Positions 23,391 to 38,545 are shown, counted from the stretch's first letter. The stretch is 64,000 nt of DNA from the human T2T-CHM13v2.0 reference genome, Homo sapiens (GCF_009914755.1 NC_060946.1); one strand, 5' to 3'. Numbers and translations: made by a program. The notes: a model not told the origin generated them from the sequence alone.

Positions 23391-24082
23391 GCCTGGACTC
23401 TGGGTTCTGCACCATCTCCCGCCTGCCCCGCTCGGAAAAGCCGCATGACCGAGACCGGGATGGTTCCTTCCCCTCTGAGCCCGGGCTTCGCCGCTCTGAC
23501 TCTCTCTTGTCCTTCCGCCTGGACCTCGACCTTGGGCCCTCACTCCTCAGCGAGCTGCTAGGGGTCATGAGCCTGCCAGAAGCCCCTGCAGCTGAGACTC
23601 CAGCCCCCGCTGCAAACCCCCCAGCCCCTACTGCAAACCCCACGGGTCCTGCTGCAAACCCCCCAGCCACTACTGCAAACCCCCCAGCACCTGCCGCAAC
23701 CCCCACGGGTCCTGCTGCAAATCCCCCAGCCCCTGCCGCAAGCTCCACACCCCATGGACACTGTCCCAATGGGGTAACAGCTGGGTTGGGCCCAGTGGCT
23801 GAGGTGAAGTCCAGCCCAGTGGGAGGGGGTCCCCGAGGACCTGCTGGCCCTGCCCTCGGCAGGCACTGGGGAGCAGGCTGGGATGGCGGCCACCACTACC
23901 CAGAGATGGATGCGCGGCAGGAGCGGGTGGAGGTGCTGCCCCAAGCCCGGGCCTCCTGGGAGAGCCTGGACGAAGAGTGGAGGGCGCCCCAGGCAGGCAG
24001 CAGGACCCCAGTGCCCAGCACAGTGCAAGCAAACACCTTTGAATTTGCGGATGCTGAGGAGGATGATGAGGTCAAGGTGTGA
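23391..24082 (+). CDS. CDC42EP1: CDC42EP1 coding exon B (LDLDLGPSLLSELLGVM BORG motif, Pro/Ala heptad repeats, C-terminus EEDDEVKV)
   Basis: Acceptor TTCTCTTCTAG|GC completes Gly in frame (SSYG-LDSGFC); 463+692=1155 nt = 384 aa + TGA. Confidence 0.97.
23585..23731 (+). repeat. CDC42EP1: Coding 21-bp tandem repeat, 7 units (PAAETPA PAANPPA PTANPTG PAANPPA TTANPPA PAATPTG PAANPPA)
   Basis: Read directly from the sequence; followed by a degenerate unit PAASSTP. Confidence 0.95.
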
Positions 24083-24642
24083 GGGGCTGGGGCACGGTCC
24101 CAGGGCCCCACCTAGGTGCAGAGCCGGCCCCTCACCTAACAGCTGGTTCCTACCAGACCGGAGAGGGGAGAAGTCATGTTGCCCCTAAACCCCTCCCCAC
24201 CTCTGCAGGACAGACATGGGAGGGAGGACAGGGAAGGCCAGGCTTGCTCTGGGACTTTTATGCTCCCAGAGGCCCTGCCAAACTGACCACCTCCCCCGAC
24301 TGCCACTCTGGACCTAATAGCTGTTCCTTAGGCCCCACTCCATGCCACCCCCACCAGCTGGAGGACCCAGCCTCACAGTGTGTCCTTTGTGCCAGACCAA
24401 GCGGCCCGTGGGGGGTGGGGGGCAGGGAGTGTACCACACAGGGCCATTGTCTCACCTCCCAAAGGGACCGCCTGCCCCCAGCTCATCCCAGAGCGTCCCT
24501 GCTGCAACCCTGACAGCCGTCTCCCAGGCCGCTTCCCCAACATCCCCGCCCCAGCCTCCCTCTTACCCCAGAAAGGTCAGGTATGACCTCCCGGGGAGGA
24601 ATCCCACCTGCCTGTATACCCCAGACTTGCCTCTGGGGCCTG

Positions 24643-24648
24643 ATTAAA
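24643..24648 (+). terminator. CDC42EP1: CDC42EP1 poly(A) signal ATTAAA
   Basis: Common variant hexamer about 560 nt after the stop, at the end of a GC-rich 3'UTR. Confidence 0.75.
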
Positions 24649-25102
24649 TAAGGCTGTTTTGATAAAAGGTGTCCTGCAAGATGCTTGGGGACATGGGACA
24701 ACAGCATCAGCTCTGTCTGCTTCAGTCCCCTCCCCTCCAGGGAGTTTAGAAAGCCAAGGATCCCCCATCAAGGCCCCCAGCAGGGAAGGGAAGTGGACGC
24801 GCCAAGGGGAGGGTAATGAGTAACCAGGCTGGAACGCCCCTGAGATAAGAGGCCCAGGTGGGAGCCCTTATCTGCAGTTCCGGGAACAGCCCCTGGCCCA
24901 GGTGCCTGGGACTCGTGTCTGCCCCATAATCCCACAGGGCAGCGTGGCATTTGCTCTGGCGATAGTGGGGGCAAGTAGACAGAAGCAAGTGCGTAGGACT
25001 GTTGGGAGCATGTCTCAGCCTCCCAACATGGCAGCCGGGTGTCCTCATATCTGTTTCCTCCTCAGTATTATGAAAATGCCAGGAGCATTAAAATGCACGG
25101 AA

Positions 25103-25356
25103 AGAGAAATGCCCTCCTTAGGTATCGGAAGACCAGTTAAATTTAGCCACAAACAGCTAACGTGAGGTGGTGCACTCCCTGTCACTACAGGTATGCAACC
25201 AGAGGATGTGTGGCAGGAGGCAGGATCACTACGGGACCTCAGGATCCCTGAGAGCAGGACATTCTGGATCATGGGGTGCCTTCATTCAGAGGTCCTCAGA
25301 CCAGGGGTATCCCACGTTTTTGTAAACTTGAGGGACCCAAGAGAGAAAGGAGTCAC
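25103..25356 (+). repeat. Diverged direct repeat, copy 1
   Basis: Colinear with 26257-26526; exact shared blocks TTAAATTTAGCCAC, CTCCCTGTCACTA, AAACTTGAGGGACCCAAG. Confidence 0.9.
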
Positions 25357-25523
25357 AAGCCACAGTTCTTGCCACAGGAAGACTCGATAAAAACAGATTA
25401 TTTTGTTTGCTTTTAGCCCTGGGGCAGGAACTGCAGGTAGGGATAGGGGAACACACCCAAGCTCTGTTGATCCTGGTGTGACTCGGAAGAAGAACCAGGA
25501 CAGAGAATCTCGGCTGGAAGTCT

Positions 25524-25529
25524 TTTATT
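25524..25529 (-). terminator. LGALS2: LGALS2 poly(A) signal AATAAA overlapping the stop codon
   Basis: Minus strand reads GAA-TAA-AAG; a U/GU-rich tract follows about 25-45 nt downstream. Confidence 0.75.
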
Positions 25530-25674
25530 CTTTTAACTTGAAAGAGGACATGTTGAACCCGCCCCTTACGCTCAGGTAGCTCAGGTGGCTGTGACCCAGC
25601 CTGTTGGGAAAAGTCAGCTCGTGCCCATCTGGCAGCTTCACCTTGAATTTGTCACTCTCAAAGGTCACTGTGAA
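25525..25674 (-). CDS. LGALS2: Galectin-2 exon 4 ([49 protein letters not shown])
   Basis: Minus-strand acceptor CCCACAG|TTC; TAA stop at 25527-25525; not in the ORF track, translated by hand. Confidence 0.97.
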   Translation of the reverse strand, partial: FTVTFESDKFKVKLPDGHELTFPNRLGHSHLSYLSVRGGFNMSSFKLKE

Positions 25675-25837
25675 CTGTGGGGAGGGAGGGTGTCAAGGAG
25701 GCAGGAGGCCCTGGAAATGGGCCAGGGCAGTGCCTGATGGCTCAAACAAGGCCAGCACCTGTGTCCAGGCCAGGCTCTCTTCCATCTGGGCCCTCCCCTT
25801 GACATCACCCCAGTGCCCTTTCCCCCTTTGACCTCAC

Positions 25838-25997
25838 CTTGACCTCTGACCCTGGGCTGAAGCACAGGTGATCTTCCCGTTGTTCTTGCCCCCAGTTGCT
25901 GCCGTCCAATGAGTTGCAGACAATGGTGGATTCGCTGAAGCGAGGGTTGAAATGCAGGTTCAGCTTGTCTGTCCCCTGGCCCAGATTAATTACAAAG
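25838..25997 (-). CDS. LGALS2: Galectin-2 exon 3, carbohydrate-binding residues H45 N47 R49 N58 W65 E68 R70
   Basis: Acceptor CTGCAG|C and donor AAG|GTGAGG; encodes [53 protein letters not shown] (galectin HFNPRF and WGxExR motifs). Confidence 0.97.
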
Positions 25998-26256
25998 CTG
26001 CAGGAGAAGGGGTAGCAGGTGAGGTTCAGGGCTCAGGCCTGGATAAAGCAGCTTGGGTTGGAGGACCTTGGTTGACCACAAGCTGGAAGAATCAAAGCTT
26101 GTGTTAGTTGAGATCTGTGCCTTAAAACAAGGGAGGTAACAACCTGCTCAGACTTAGCACTGTGGTAGCACATTCCATTTGGAGCAGGGATCACGCTGTT
26201 GAGAGAAGGGTAACTGATAGTGACAGCTTCGGGAATTGGGGGTGGCTCTCCTGGGA

Positions 26257-26526
26257 GAGAGAAATGCTATCTCTTAGATATCTGAAGACCTATTAAATTT
26301 AGCCACCAGCAGCCAACCTAAGGTGGTGAGCTCCCTGTCACTATGGGTGTGCAACCGGGGTTGTATGACTTCTTGGCAAGATCACTACAGGAGCCTGGGC
26401 TAGACCTGCAGGGTTCCTGAAAGTGGGGCATTCTGGGTCATGGGGTGTCTTCATTTGGGAGTCTCAGACCAAGGGTATCACACATTTTGACAAACTTGAG
26501 GGACCCAAGTAGGAGAAATAAGTCAC
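26257..26526 (+). repeat. Diverged direct repeat, copy 2 (LGALS2 intron 2)
   Basis: Colinear with 25103-25356. Confidence 0.9.
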
Positions 26527-27110
26527 TTTTCCCTTAGCTCCTATGGCATGCACCTGCCCGCCCCCTCTCTAACCAAAAGTAGATAAAGCACAGTTCCAAG
26601 ATGCGCTGACATGTTCTGCAGGCGAGAGAGCCTTTCGCTGGACTGTGACTCACGGAGGTGGTGAGGCCGCTGGTTCTAACCAAGAGAATGCCAGCGAGAC
26701 CACTCAGCCTCCCCTGGTGGCTGCCCTGGTTTAATGCTCATGAAATGCCAGCCTGTGGCCATTCTGCTGGGTAAAGAGGGTGGTGTCTCTGGGGATTTGG
26801 GCGTTCCCTAGAGGCACCTGCCCCGCAGGGGGCCAGACAGAGTTCCAGGGGCTTCTCCACCTGCCCCTTCAATGGCTGTTGGGGCAAAAGAATAGAGCAT
26901 ATGGCATCAACTCTGAAATTCTGCAGGTCCCCAAACCTAGCCTCAGACATGAAGTGGGGGCCAGCAGGGGTGTGGGGAGAAGGGTGTGAAAAAGGGCCCA
27001 TTGGCCTGACGTCCCTCTTGCCTGAGCACTTCACAGGGCTGCCCTGCCTGCCCCACCCGCCCTGCCTATTCCGGGCCTGCAGACTCCCCCAACCCTGAAA
27101 CCTTGCTCAC

Positions 27111-27193
27111 CCATCAGTGCCATCGGCGATGCTGCCTGTGATCTTCAGGGTTGACCCCGGCTTCATGTCCATGTTCTTAACCTCAAGTTCCCC
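27111..27193 (-). CDS. LGALS2: Galectin-2 exon 2 (GELEVKNMDMKPGSTLKITGSIADGTDG)
   Basis: Acceptor CCCAG|GGG and donor GG|GTGAGC; 83 nt, phase-compatible with exons 1 and 3. Confidence 0.96.
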
Positions 27194-27841
27194 CTGGGCC
27201 AACAGAGAAACATTCCACTCGAGTCCCCACAGAAAATCAATCCCACACTTGCCCAGCAGCTTCATCCACCTCATGCCAACCCAGCTGCAGGTCTCAATCC
27301 CCCTGCCCACGTGAGGACGCAGGAGACCACCAAGCTGGAAAGTGGCAGAGCCAGAGCGCTCTGATCAAGGCCTCCCAGAGCTTCCCCACTCCCTGCCCTG
27401 TTTTGCTCTTATCCACCCCAACCCGAAGAGGCACAGGACGGAGGCTCAGTTTGCCCATCTATGAAATGGGCAGAGTGCTTCCTGCCCAGTTCCGCAAAGT
27501 GTTCAAGTGATGAAATCACGCTGCCCTCAGCAGAACCCCAGAAACAAAAATATGATATGGAAAATGACTGTATCAGAGGCACAAGATCTTGGCCCACCCA
27601 AAACTAAATCTGGCCAGGTGCAGGGGCTCACGCCTGTAATCCCAGCATTTTGGGAGGCCGAGGCGGGCTGATCACCTGAGGTCAGGAGTTAGCAACCAGC
27701 CTGGGCAACATGGTGAAACCTCGTCTCTACTAAAAATAAAAAAATTGGCCGGACGCGGTGGCTCACACCTGTAATCCCAACACTTTTGGGAGGCCGAGGC
27801 GGGCGGATCACGAGGTCAGGAGATCGAGACCATCCTGGCTA

Positions 27842-28564
<723 letters not shown>

Positions 28565-28935
28565 CTAAGAATCTATAAAACTCCGCAAGTCCTATGTCCA
28601 TCAAAGTCTCTCTCCAAGCCTCACTTTCCCCTTCTGTAAAATTGACTAATTTGATTTATTCATTTAAAAAACAGTTGATAGCCTGGGTGTGGAAGTGTGT
28701 ACCTGTATTCCAGCTACTCAGGATGCTGAGACAGGAGGGTCACTTGAGCCCAGGAGTTGGAGACCAGCCTGGGCAACATAGCGAGACTCCCATTTCTATT
28801 TTTGTTGTTGTTGTTGCTGAATGCCAGCTGTATGACAGACCCTGTCACACCAGGGAGACACCACCAACCTTCAAGCTGGTTTTGAGAGGATTCAAGAACA
28901 TGTTTGTGAAATCCCATGCACAGGGCCTCACGTAG

Positions 28936-29288
<353 letters not shown>

Positions 29289-30097
29289 TAATTTTCTTTT
29301 TTAAATTTTTTCTTTTTTTCTGGACAGTGGTCTGCCCAAATGACCATCATTTTGATTACTTGTTGTTAAGATTCATCTGCTCCTTATTTTCCATAGGAAA
29401 GCAGCACCTGAATTTCTGTACAGTAGGAGCCTCCTCTAGCCTCACAATGGTTACTAGGGAAGATTTCTAAGCTGGGTTTTCAAAGCTCATTACCCAGGGC
29501 TGGGAGCGGTGGCTCACGCCTGTAATCCCAGCACTTTGGGAGGCTGAGTCGGGTAGATCACCTGAGGTCAGGAGTTTGAGACTGGCCTGGCCAACATGGA
29601 GAAACCCTGTCTCTATTAAAAATACAAAAATTAGCCGGGTGTGGTGGCACATGCCTGTCGTCCCAGCTACTTGGGAGGCTGACGCAAGAGAATCGCTTGA
29701 ACCCAGGAGGTGGAGGTTACAGTGAGCCGAGATTGTGCCAGGCGACAGAGCAAGACTCTGTCTAAAAAAAAAAAAAAAAAAACTCATTACCCAAGACCAG
29801 TTTTCGCATCTATGACCAGAGGGTGAGGGTTGGTCTGACCAGGACGCAACAGGCACCAAAGATTTAGAACAACTTATGGGAGGACACTTTTACATTGTGG
29901 GAGTTCTGCTCACTGACTTTTTATTTCCAGAAAAAGCATGATCTGAGATGCCCTGAATGAGCTCATTGGACTGGGGCACTTTGCCAGAAGTCAAGGGGGC
30001 AGTGGCCATGGGAGGACCCTCAGTGCCCTCTCGCTGGCAGCCGCCTCCTCTCTGCAGAGGAGAAAGTGACCCGCTGGTTGGTCACATGTAGGGGTAG

Positions 30098-30304
<207 letters not shown>

Positions 30305-30307
30305 TAG

Positions 30308-30595
<288 letters not shown>

Positions 30596-31115
30596 TAAGT
30601 AGCTACGACTATAGACGTGTGCCACCATGCCCAGCTAATTTTTAAAATTTTTGTAGAGATAGGGTTTTGCTATGTTACCCAGGCTGCTCTGGAACTCCTG
30701 ACCCTCAAGTGGTCCTCCTGCCTCAGCCGGTAATACATTTTTTTTTAAAGGTCTTGCTCTGTCACCCAGGCTAGAGTGCAGTGATATGATCAGAGCTCAC
30801 TACAGCCTTGACCTCTTGGGCTCAAGCAATCCTCCCACCTCAGCCCCCCAGGTAGCCTGGACCACAGGCATCCCACCTGGCCCAGCTGATTTTTTTTTTT
30901 TTCAGATGGGGTCTCACTATGTTGTCCAGGCCAGCCTCGACCTCCTGAGCTCAAAGGATCCTCCCACCTCGGCCTCCCAAAGTGTTGGGATTACAGGTGT
31001 AAGCCACTGTGCCCGGCCTGGCAGTACATTTTATAAGAGACGCCTGGAGGAGGCAGCAATGCTTAACCCAGGACAGCGGGCCATGACGGCGGCATGTCAG
31101 ACACGAGGCTGCTCA

Positions 31116-31330
31116 GACCAGAGCTTCTCAGCCTTGGCCGTCTGGACGTTTGGGGCAGGCATTTCTTTGTTGGGGTCTGTCTCTTGTGTTGTAGGATGTT
31201 GAGCAGTATTCCTGGCCTCTACCCACTGGATGTCAGTGACACCCTCCCCTGAGCGGTGACAACCAAGAATGTCTCCAGACAGGGTCCGTTGTCTCCTGGG
31301 AGCAAAACCTCCCTGCTTTAGAGAAAGTGG
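31116..31330 (+). mobile_element. MER20 DNA transposon
   Basis: GTAGGATGTTGAGCAGTATTCCTGGCCTCTACCCACTGGATG...AATGTCTCCAGACA matches recalled MER20. Confidence 0.75.
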
Positions 31331-31528
31331 GGTTTGGAGGCTGGACACCTAACTCCCCATGTCTTTGCTTAACACAACGGGGTTGGGTCCAGATTTTGGA
31401 GCCAGACAGACGGGATTAAAATCAGTCTCTTGCTGGCCAGGGGCGGTGGCTCACACCTGTAATCCCAGCACTTTGGGAGGCCGAGGGGGGCGGATCACGA
31501 GGTCAGGAGAGTGAGATCATCCTGGCTA

Positions 31529-31775
<247 letters not shown>

Positions 31776-32549
31776 TTATCCAGTGAGGACAGTCCAAAAG
31801 GGGCTCAAACAAGAAACAGAAGACAGGTGTGCCCGCCACACAGACACTCACAGACGTGTGCCCTGCGCACACACACATCTAACACCAAGCATCAGGAGAT
31901 GGCTCCCTGCCTCCTGCCAGCAGCCTGTGCCCACACCCCGAGCCCTGCAACAGTCAGGCCAGGATAGGGGAGCTGGGCCTGGACTAAGAGAAGCACCCAC
32001 ACTCCCCTTGCAGCTCCTGGGGGCTGCCTGACTGAAACAGCAAAGCTCAAACCCCAAGGATAGAGGTGGGGGCTGCTGCAGGGCAGAAGCACTCGGAAGT
32101 CCAGGGTCAGGGGTGCACTTGGACAAATAGGGATGCTGAGAGCTGCGGGAGGGTGCAGGCCCGGGAGCCTTGTCCCCACCCAACAGAGTCAAAGGCGCAG
32201 AGAGAGACAGGCAGAACTGGGTGGGGGTGTGGTCGTCCCTAGAGCTGGGGGGGTGGGGAGTTGGGGGCCCAGACTCTAGTGCCGACTCTGCCCCTAATTG
32301 GCAGAGGGGCCTGGGGCCAGCTTAGCCCCTTTCTGGGCCTTGGTTCCCTTATCTGTCGTATAAGGGATTTGGATGATATGGCCTCTGGAGCTGGAGAGAG
32401 AGGAAAGAAAAGGCAGAGGTGAGATGACCAGGAAAGAGAAGGTCGGGAGAGTCCGTGGGCCACAGCAGTCCTCCCCGAGAGGCAGAGGGTGATGAGGGCA
32501 TAGACCCTTCCACGCAGGACCCCTGGCACATTCACATCCTGCATTCCCC

Positions 32550-33322
<773 letters not shown>

Positions 33323-34232
33323 CCATCTAATCCTCAGAAGAGGCAGCCTGTGATCCCCTTCCACAGATGTAAGGAAGACTGGGGCTCAGAGACGGTCAGT
33401 GACTTGGCCAAGGCCACACAGTAAAGCTGTGGCAGAGTCTGGTGTAGAATCAACGAATCAGAGACCTCAGTGGGAATCCACTCAACCCCTTGTGATTTGC
33501 AGCTTGTGGCCTTGGGCAATTTGCTCTCCAAGACTTGGGTTTTGTGTGTGGGTATATGAGACAAGGTCTCACTCTGTTGCCCAGGCTGGAGTACAGTAGT
33601 GCAATTACGGCTCACTGTAGCCTCGACCTCCTGGGCTCAAGTGATCCTCAGCCTCCCAAGGCTGAGGAGTGTGCCGCTACCCCCACTAATTTTTTAAGGC
33701 AAAGCGTAGTGGCATGCACCTGTAGCAGAAAAGGTCTCACTATATTGCCCAAGCTGAGATTTTTTTTTATCTCTATAAAGATCAATGGAGGCCAGGCACA
33801 GTGGCTCACACCTGTAATCTCAGCACTTCGAGAGGCCAAGGCAGGAGGATCCCTTGAACCCAGGAGTTTGATATCAGCCTGAGCAACATAGTGAGACCTC
33901 ATCTCTACGAAAAATAAGAAATAAGCTGGGTGGGGTGGCTCACACCTGTAATCCCAGCACTTTGGGAGGCCAAGGTGGGCGGATCACCTGAGGTCAGGAG
34001 TTCGAGATCAGCCTGACCAACATGGTGAAACCCTGTCTCTACTTTAAAAATACAAAAATTAGGCCAGGAGCAGTGGCTCACACCTGTAATCCCAGCACTT
34101 TGGGAGGCCAAGGCAGGTGGATCACCTGAGATCAGGAGTTCAAGACCAGCCTGACCAACATGGAGAAACCCCATCTCTACTAAAAATACAAAATTAATCG
34201 GGTGTGGTGGCCCATGCCTGTAATCCCTGCTA

Positions 34233-34611
<379 letters not shown>

Positions 34612-34678
34612 TCATTTAAGCCAAGGAGGTCAAGTCCGTAGTGAGTTATGATTGCCACCACTGCACTCCACCTGGTGA

Positions 34679-34854
<176 letters not shown>

Positions 34855-34861
34855 TAGCTAA

Positions 34862-35149
<288 letters not shown>

Positions 35150-35161
35150 TAGTGTCCTCAC

Positions 35162-35167
35162 CGTCAT
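35162..35167 (-). CDS. LGALS2: Galectin-2 exon 1 coding part (Met-Thr)
   Basis: GTCACC-ATG-ACG|GTGAGG: good Kozak context then a donor; 6+83+160+150=399 nt = 132 aa + stop. Confidence 0.93.
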
Positions 35168-35240
35168 GGTGACAGCTCCTGGCGGCAGCTCCCAGCGGCT
35201 CCTGGAGGCCTGTGCTCAGGGTCTCAACTCGTGGTCAAGC

Positions 35241-35300
35241 TTATATCCTAGAATATTACACATTAACTCCCTCAAGGTCCTAGGTGAGGACTTTGCCCCT
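35241..35300 (-). promoter_or_regulatory. LGALS2: LGALS2 proximal promoter: TATA-like ATATAA, HNF1-like and HNF4-like motifs
   Basis: Minus strand: GGGCAAAGTCCT (35298-35287), GTTAATGTGTAAT (35267-35255), ATATAA (35246-35241), 74 nt upstream of the ATG. Confidence 0.65.
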
Positions 35301-36237
35301 TCTACCTTGTGTCTCCCCGCCTGCATCTCCCAGTACCCAGCACAAACAGGCAGAAGACTCCTCAGCCAGCTCCACCCCACCCAGCCCGGAGCATCCTCCT
35401 GGCCTCCCTCCAGCCCAGCCTCCCCCTCCTCAGCGCTCCCAGAGCCCGAGAGGGGAAGCAGCCCCAGCTCTGCCCCCACACAAACCGCAATGTTGCCGCT
35501 TGACAGCTCTCCCAGCCTCCCTCACTTAGCCCAGCTTCCTTGCCTGTAAAAAGAGAGATTTGCTTTGCAAAAAAAAAAAAAAGTCTAGGTTTCTAATTTT
35601 CTTTTTTTTTTTTTTTTTTGAGACAGAGTCTCACTCTGTCACCCAGGCTGGAGTGCAGTGGCAACGATCTCCGCTCAATGCAATCTCCTGGGTTCACACC
35701 ATTCTGCTGCCTCAGCCTCCCGAGTAGCTGGAACTACAGGCACCCGCCACCATGCCCGGCTAATTTTTTGGTATTTTTAGTAGAGACGAGGTTTCACCGT
35801 ATTAGCCAGGATGGTCTCGATCTCCTGACCTCGTGATCTGCCCACCTTGGCCTCCCAAAGTGCTGGGATTACAGGCGTGAGCCATTGCGCCTGGCCTAAG
35901 GTTCTAATTTTCTATGATGTTATGATTCATTGTCAGAGAGCATTATGTTTTCTTCTTCCCTCCCCATATTATTTATCTGATCGGACATGTAGGTTTCAAA
36001 ACCAATACACGGATTCAAAGAAAAGATTTCAAACTATTTACAACAAACGGTCAAAAGCAGAGGAGAGCTGGGCGCGGTTGCTTAAGCCTGTAATCCCAGC
36101 ACTTTGGGAGGCCAAGGCAGGCGGATCACCTGAAGTCAGGAGTTTGTGACCAGCCCGGCCAACATGGTGAAACCCCATCTCTACTAAAAATACAAAAATT
36201 AGCTGGGCGTGGTCGCACCTGTAGTCACAGCTACTCA

Positions 36238-36441
<204 letters not shown>

Positions 36442-37345
36442 TTATGTAACTGGCATGCTTACTATAGACAATTAGAGATATTAAATAAAAAGAAAAATAA
36501 TCACTCATAATGCCACCGCCACGAGGGAACTGGCTTACTCTGTTGGCACATTTCCTTCCAGGCGGTTCTCCACAGATTTACATTATAGACACCCCTCTGT
36601 CTGTGCAATTGTTTATCTCTCTTCATTTGGGAAACATTAAAGACCACAAATCTATATTTCAGAACCATACTTTATTGCCTGCGAAATAGTCTACCTTTCA
36701 ACGACTGAATTTATTTAACCAATTTCCTTCTGCTGAACACTCACATTAATTCTACATTTTTGCTATTAAAAATACTGCTGCATTAAATCTATTTGGACAT
36801 AAACTTTGGCTGCATCGTGACAACTTATGTAGGGCAGATTCCCAGAAGGAGAACTTTTCTAGAGCTCAGGATTTGGCGAGCCAGAGCGTTTTCCATCAGA
36901 GTTGGCGGTGGCCACTCCGGGCAGGATGTGGGGAACTGGCCTTGCCGAGGGCCCTCGGTGCCAGGAGTCCGCAGGTGGCTCACTGCCCAGTGCCCACATA
37001 GGACACCACCTTCAGTCCCCTGCCAGCCCGGAGTGAGGAGTGACTTCCTCCTTTCACCCACAAGGAAATTAATCCTCTCTCGGCCTTTCTCCCAAAGGCA
37101 TGGTAAAACCCCAGTGAGATAAGGAATTTTAAAAGGCTTTCTCCCTGGAAACTAATCAACAGAAACTATACCTTTTAAAGGTGGCATTTTTCTGATTATA
37201 ATAATAATATTATCTCACTATAGGAGGTTCCAGAAAGTACACACAGTAAAAGGAACTTAAAGTTCACTTGTTTTAAAATAATGTTCAAAAGCAGGGGAAA
37301 ATGACCATGCATATCATTTACGTACTTTGCTGCGTATATATTTTA

Positions 37346-37510
<165 letters not shown>

Positions 37511-37994
37511 TTAATTAGCCAGGCATGGTGGCACATGCCAGTAGTCCCAGCTACTCAGGAGTCTGAGGTAAGAGAATCACTTGAGCCCTGGAGATCCAGG
37601 CTGCAGTGAGCCATGATTGTGCCACTGCACTCCAGCCTGGGTGACAGTGACGGACCCTGTCTCAAAGGAAAAAGAAAAAGAACAGAAATTCCAATACTCA
37701 CATCTGTAACCTTGTCCTCTTAACAATGGCTACCTTCTGAAGGGCATTCTGCACTTTGCAAACCACTTTCTTCAGCCCTCATCGTTATAAGCTCATAGTA
37801 CATTCTCAAGGGAACCTCTGTTCTCACCCCATTTTTCAGGTGGGGAATTAGGGATCCCAGGACTCACGCAACTAGAAAGTAGCAGAGCTTGCTGTCTAGC
37901 AACCAATCCCTTGCTCAGGCGCCTGCCAAAGTGTGTGGCACTGCCCTCACTTAGCAAAAAGAGCATTTGACCTCCAGTGTGACCTTGAGCCCTC

Positions 37995-38545
37995 TGTGCG
38001 GTGGCCGCCTCTGAGATGGCCCCAATGATCCCCAGCTCCTGGTAATCACACACTTGCCCAATCAGCTCCCTTGAGCATGACTGGACACAGGACTTGCTTC
38101 TAACTAAAAGAATACTAGAATATGGCAAAAGTCATGGGATGTCACTTCCAAGGTTAGGTTACAAAAAAACTGTTGTCCTGCTGTCTCTCTCGCCCTCTGC
38201 TCTGCTCTTGCCCTGGGGAAGAAGCAATGAAACCACCTTGCGAGTAGCTCTATGGAGAGGCCCATGTGCCAAGGAACTGACGTCTCCAGCCAACCACCAA
38301 TGAAGACCAGGACCTGCCAACAGCTACATGAGTGAACTTGACATTGGAGCTTACCCCACGCCAGCCTGGAGACAACTTGTGCAGCCGACACCCTGACTGC
38401 AGCCTTGTGAGACCCGGAGCCAGAGGCTCTCAGCTAAACCCCACCTGGATTCCTGCCCCAAAGAAACCATGAGAAACGTGTTTCTTATTTTAAGTCCCTA
38501 CATTTTGGGTTAATTTATTATGCAGTGATAGATAACTAATATACC
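37995..38545 (+). mobile_element. MaLR LTR (MLT1F/G-like)
   Basis: GATGGCCCCAATGATCCCC start and GATAACTAATATA end, typical of older MLT1. Confidence 0.65.

Noticed and set aside
21781-23561. Alternative-frame ATG ORF inside CDC42EP1 (about 161 aa if spliced, stop at 23559-23561)
   Set aside because: Lies downstream of several stronger AUGs; its length is explicable by GC-rich codon usage; no supporting motif.
23585-23752. Regularly spaced repeats as a possible CRISPR-like array
   Set aside because: Head-to-tail coding minisatellite with no unique spacers, in a eukaryotic exon.
23119-24032. Antisense ORFs over CDC42EP1 exon 3
   Set aside because: Mirror of the repetitive GC-rich sense CDS.
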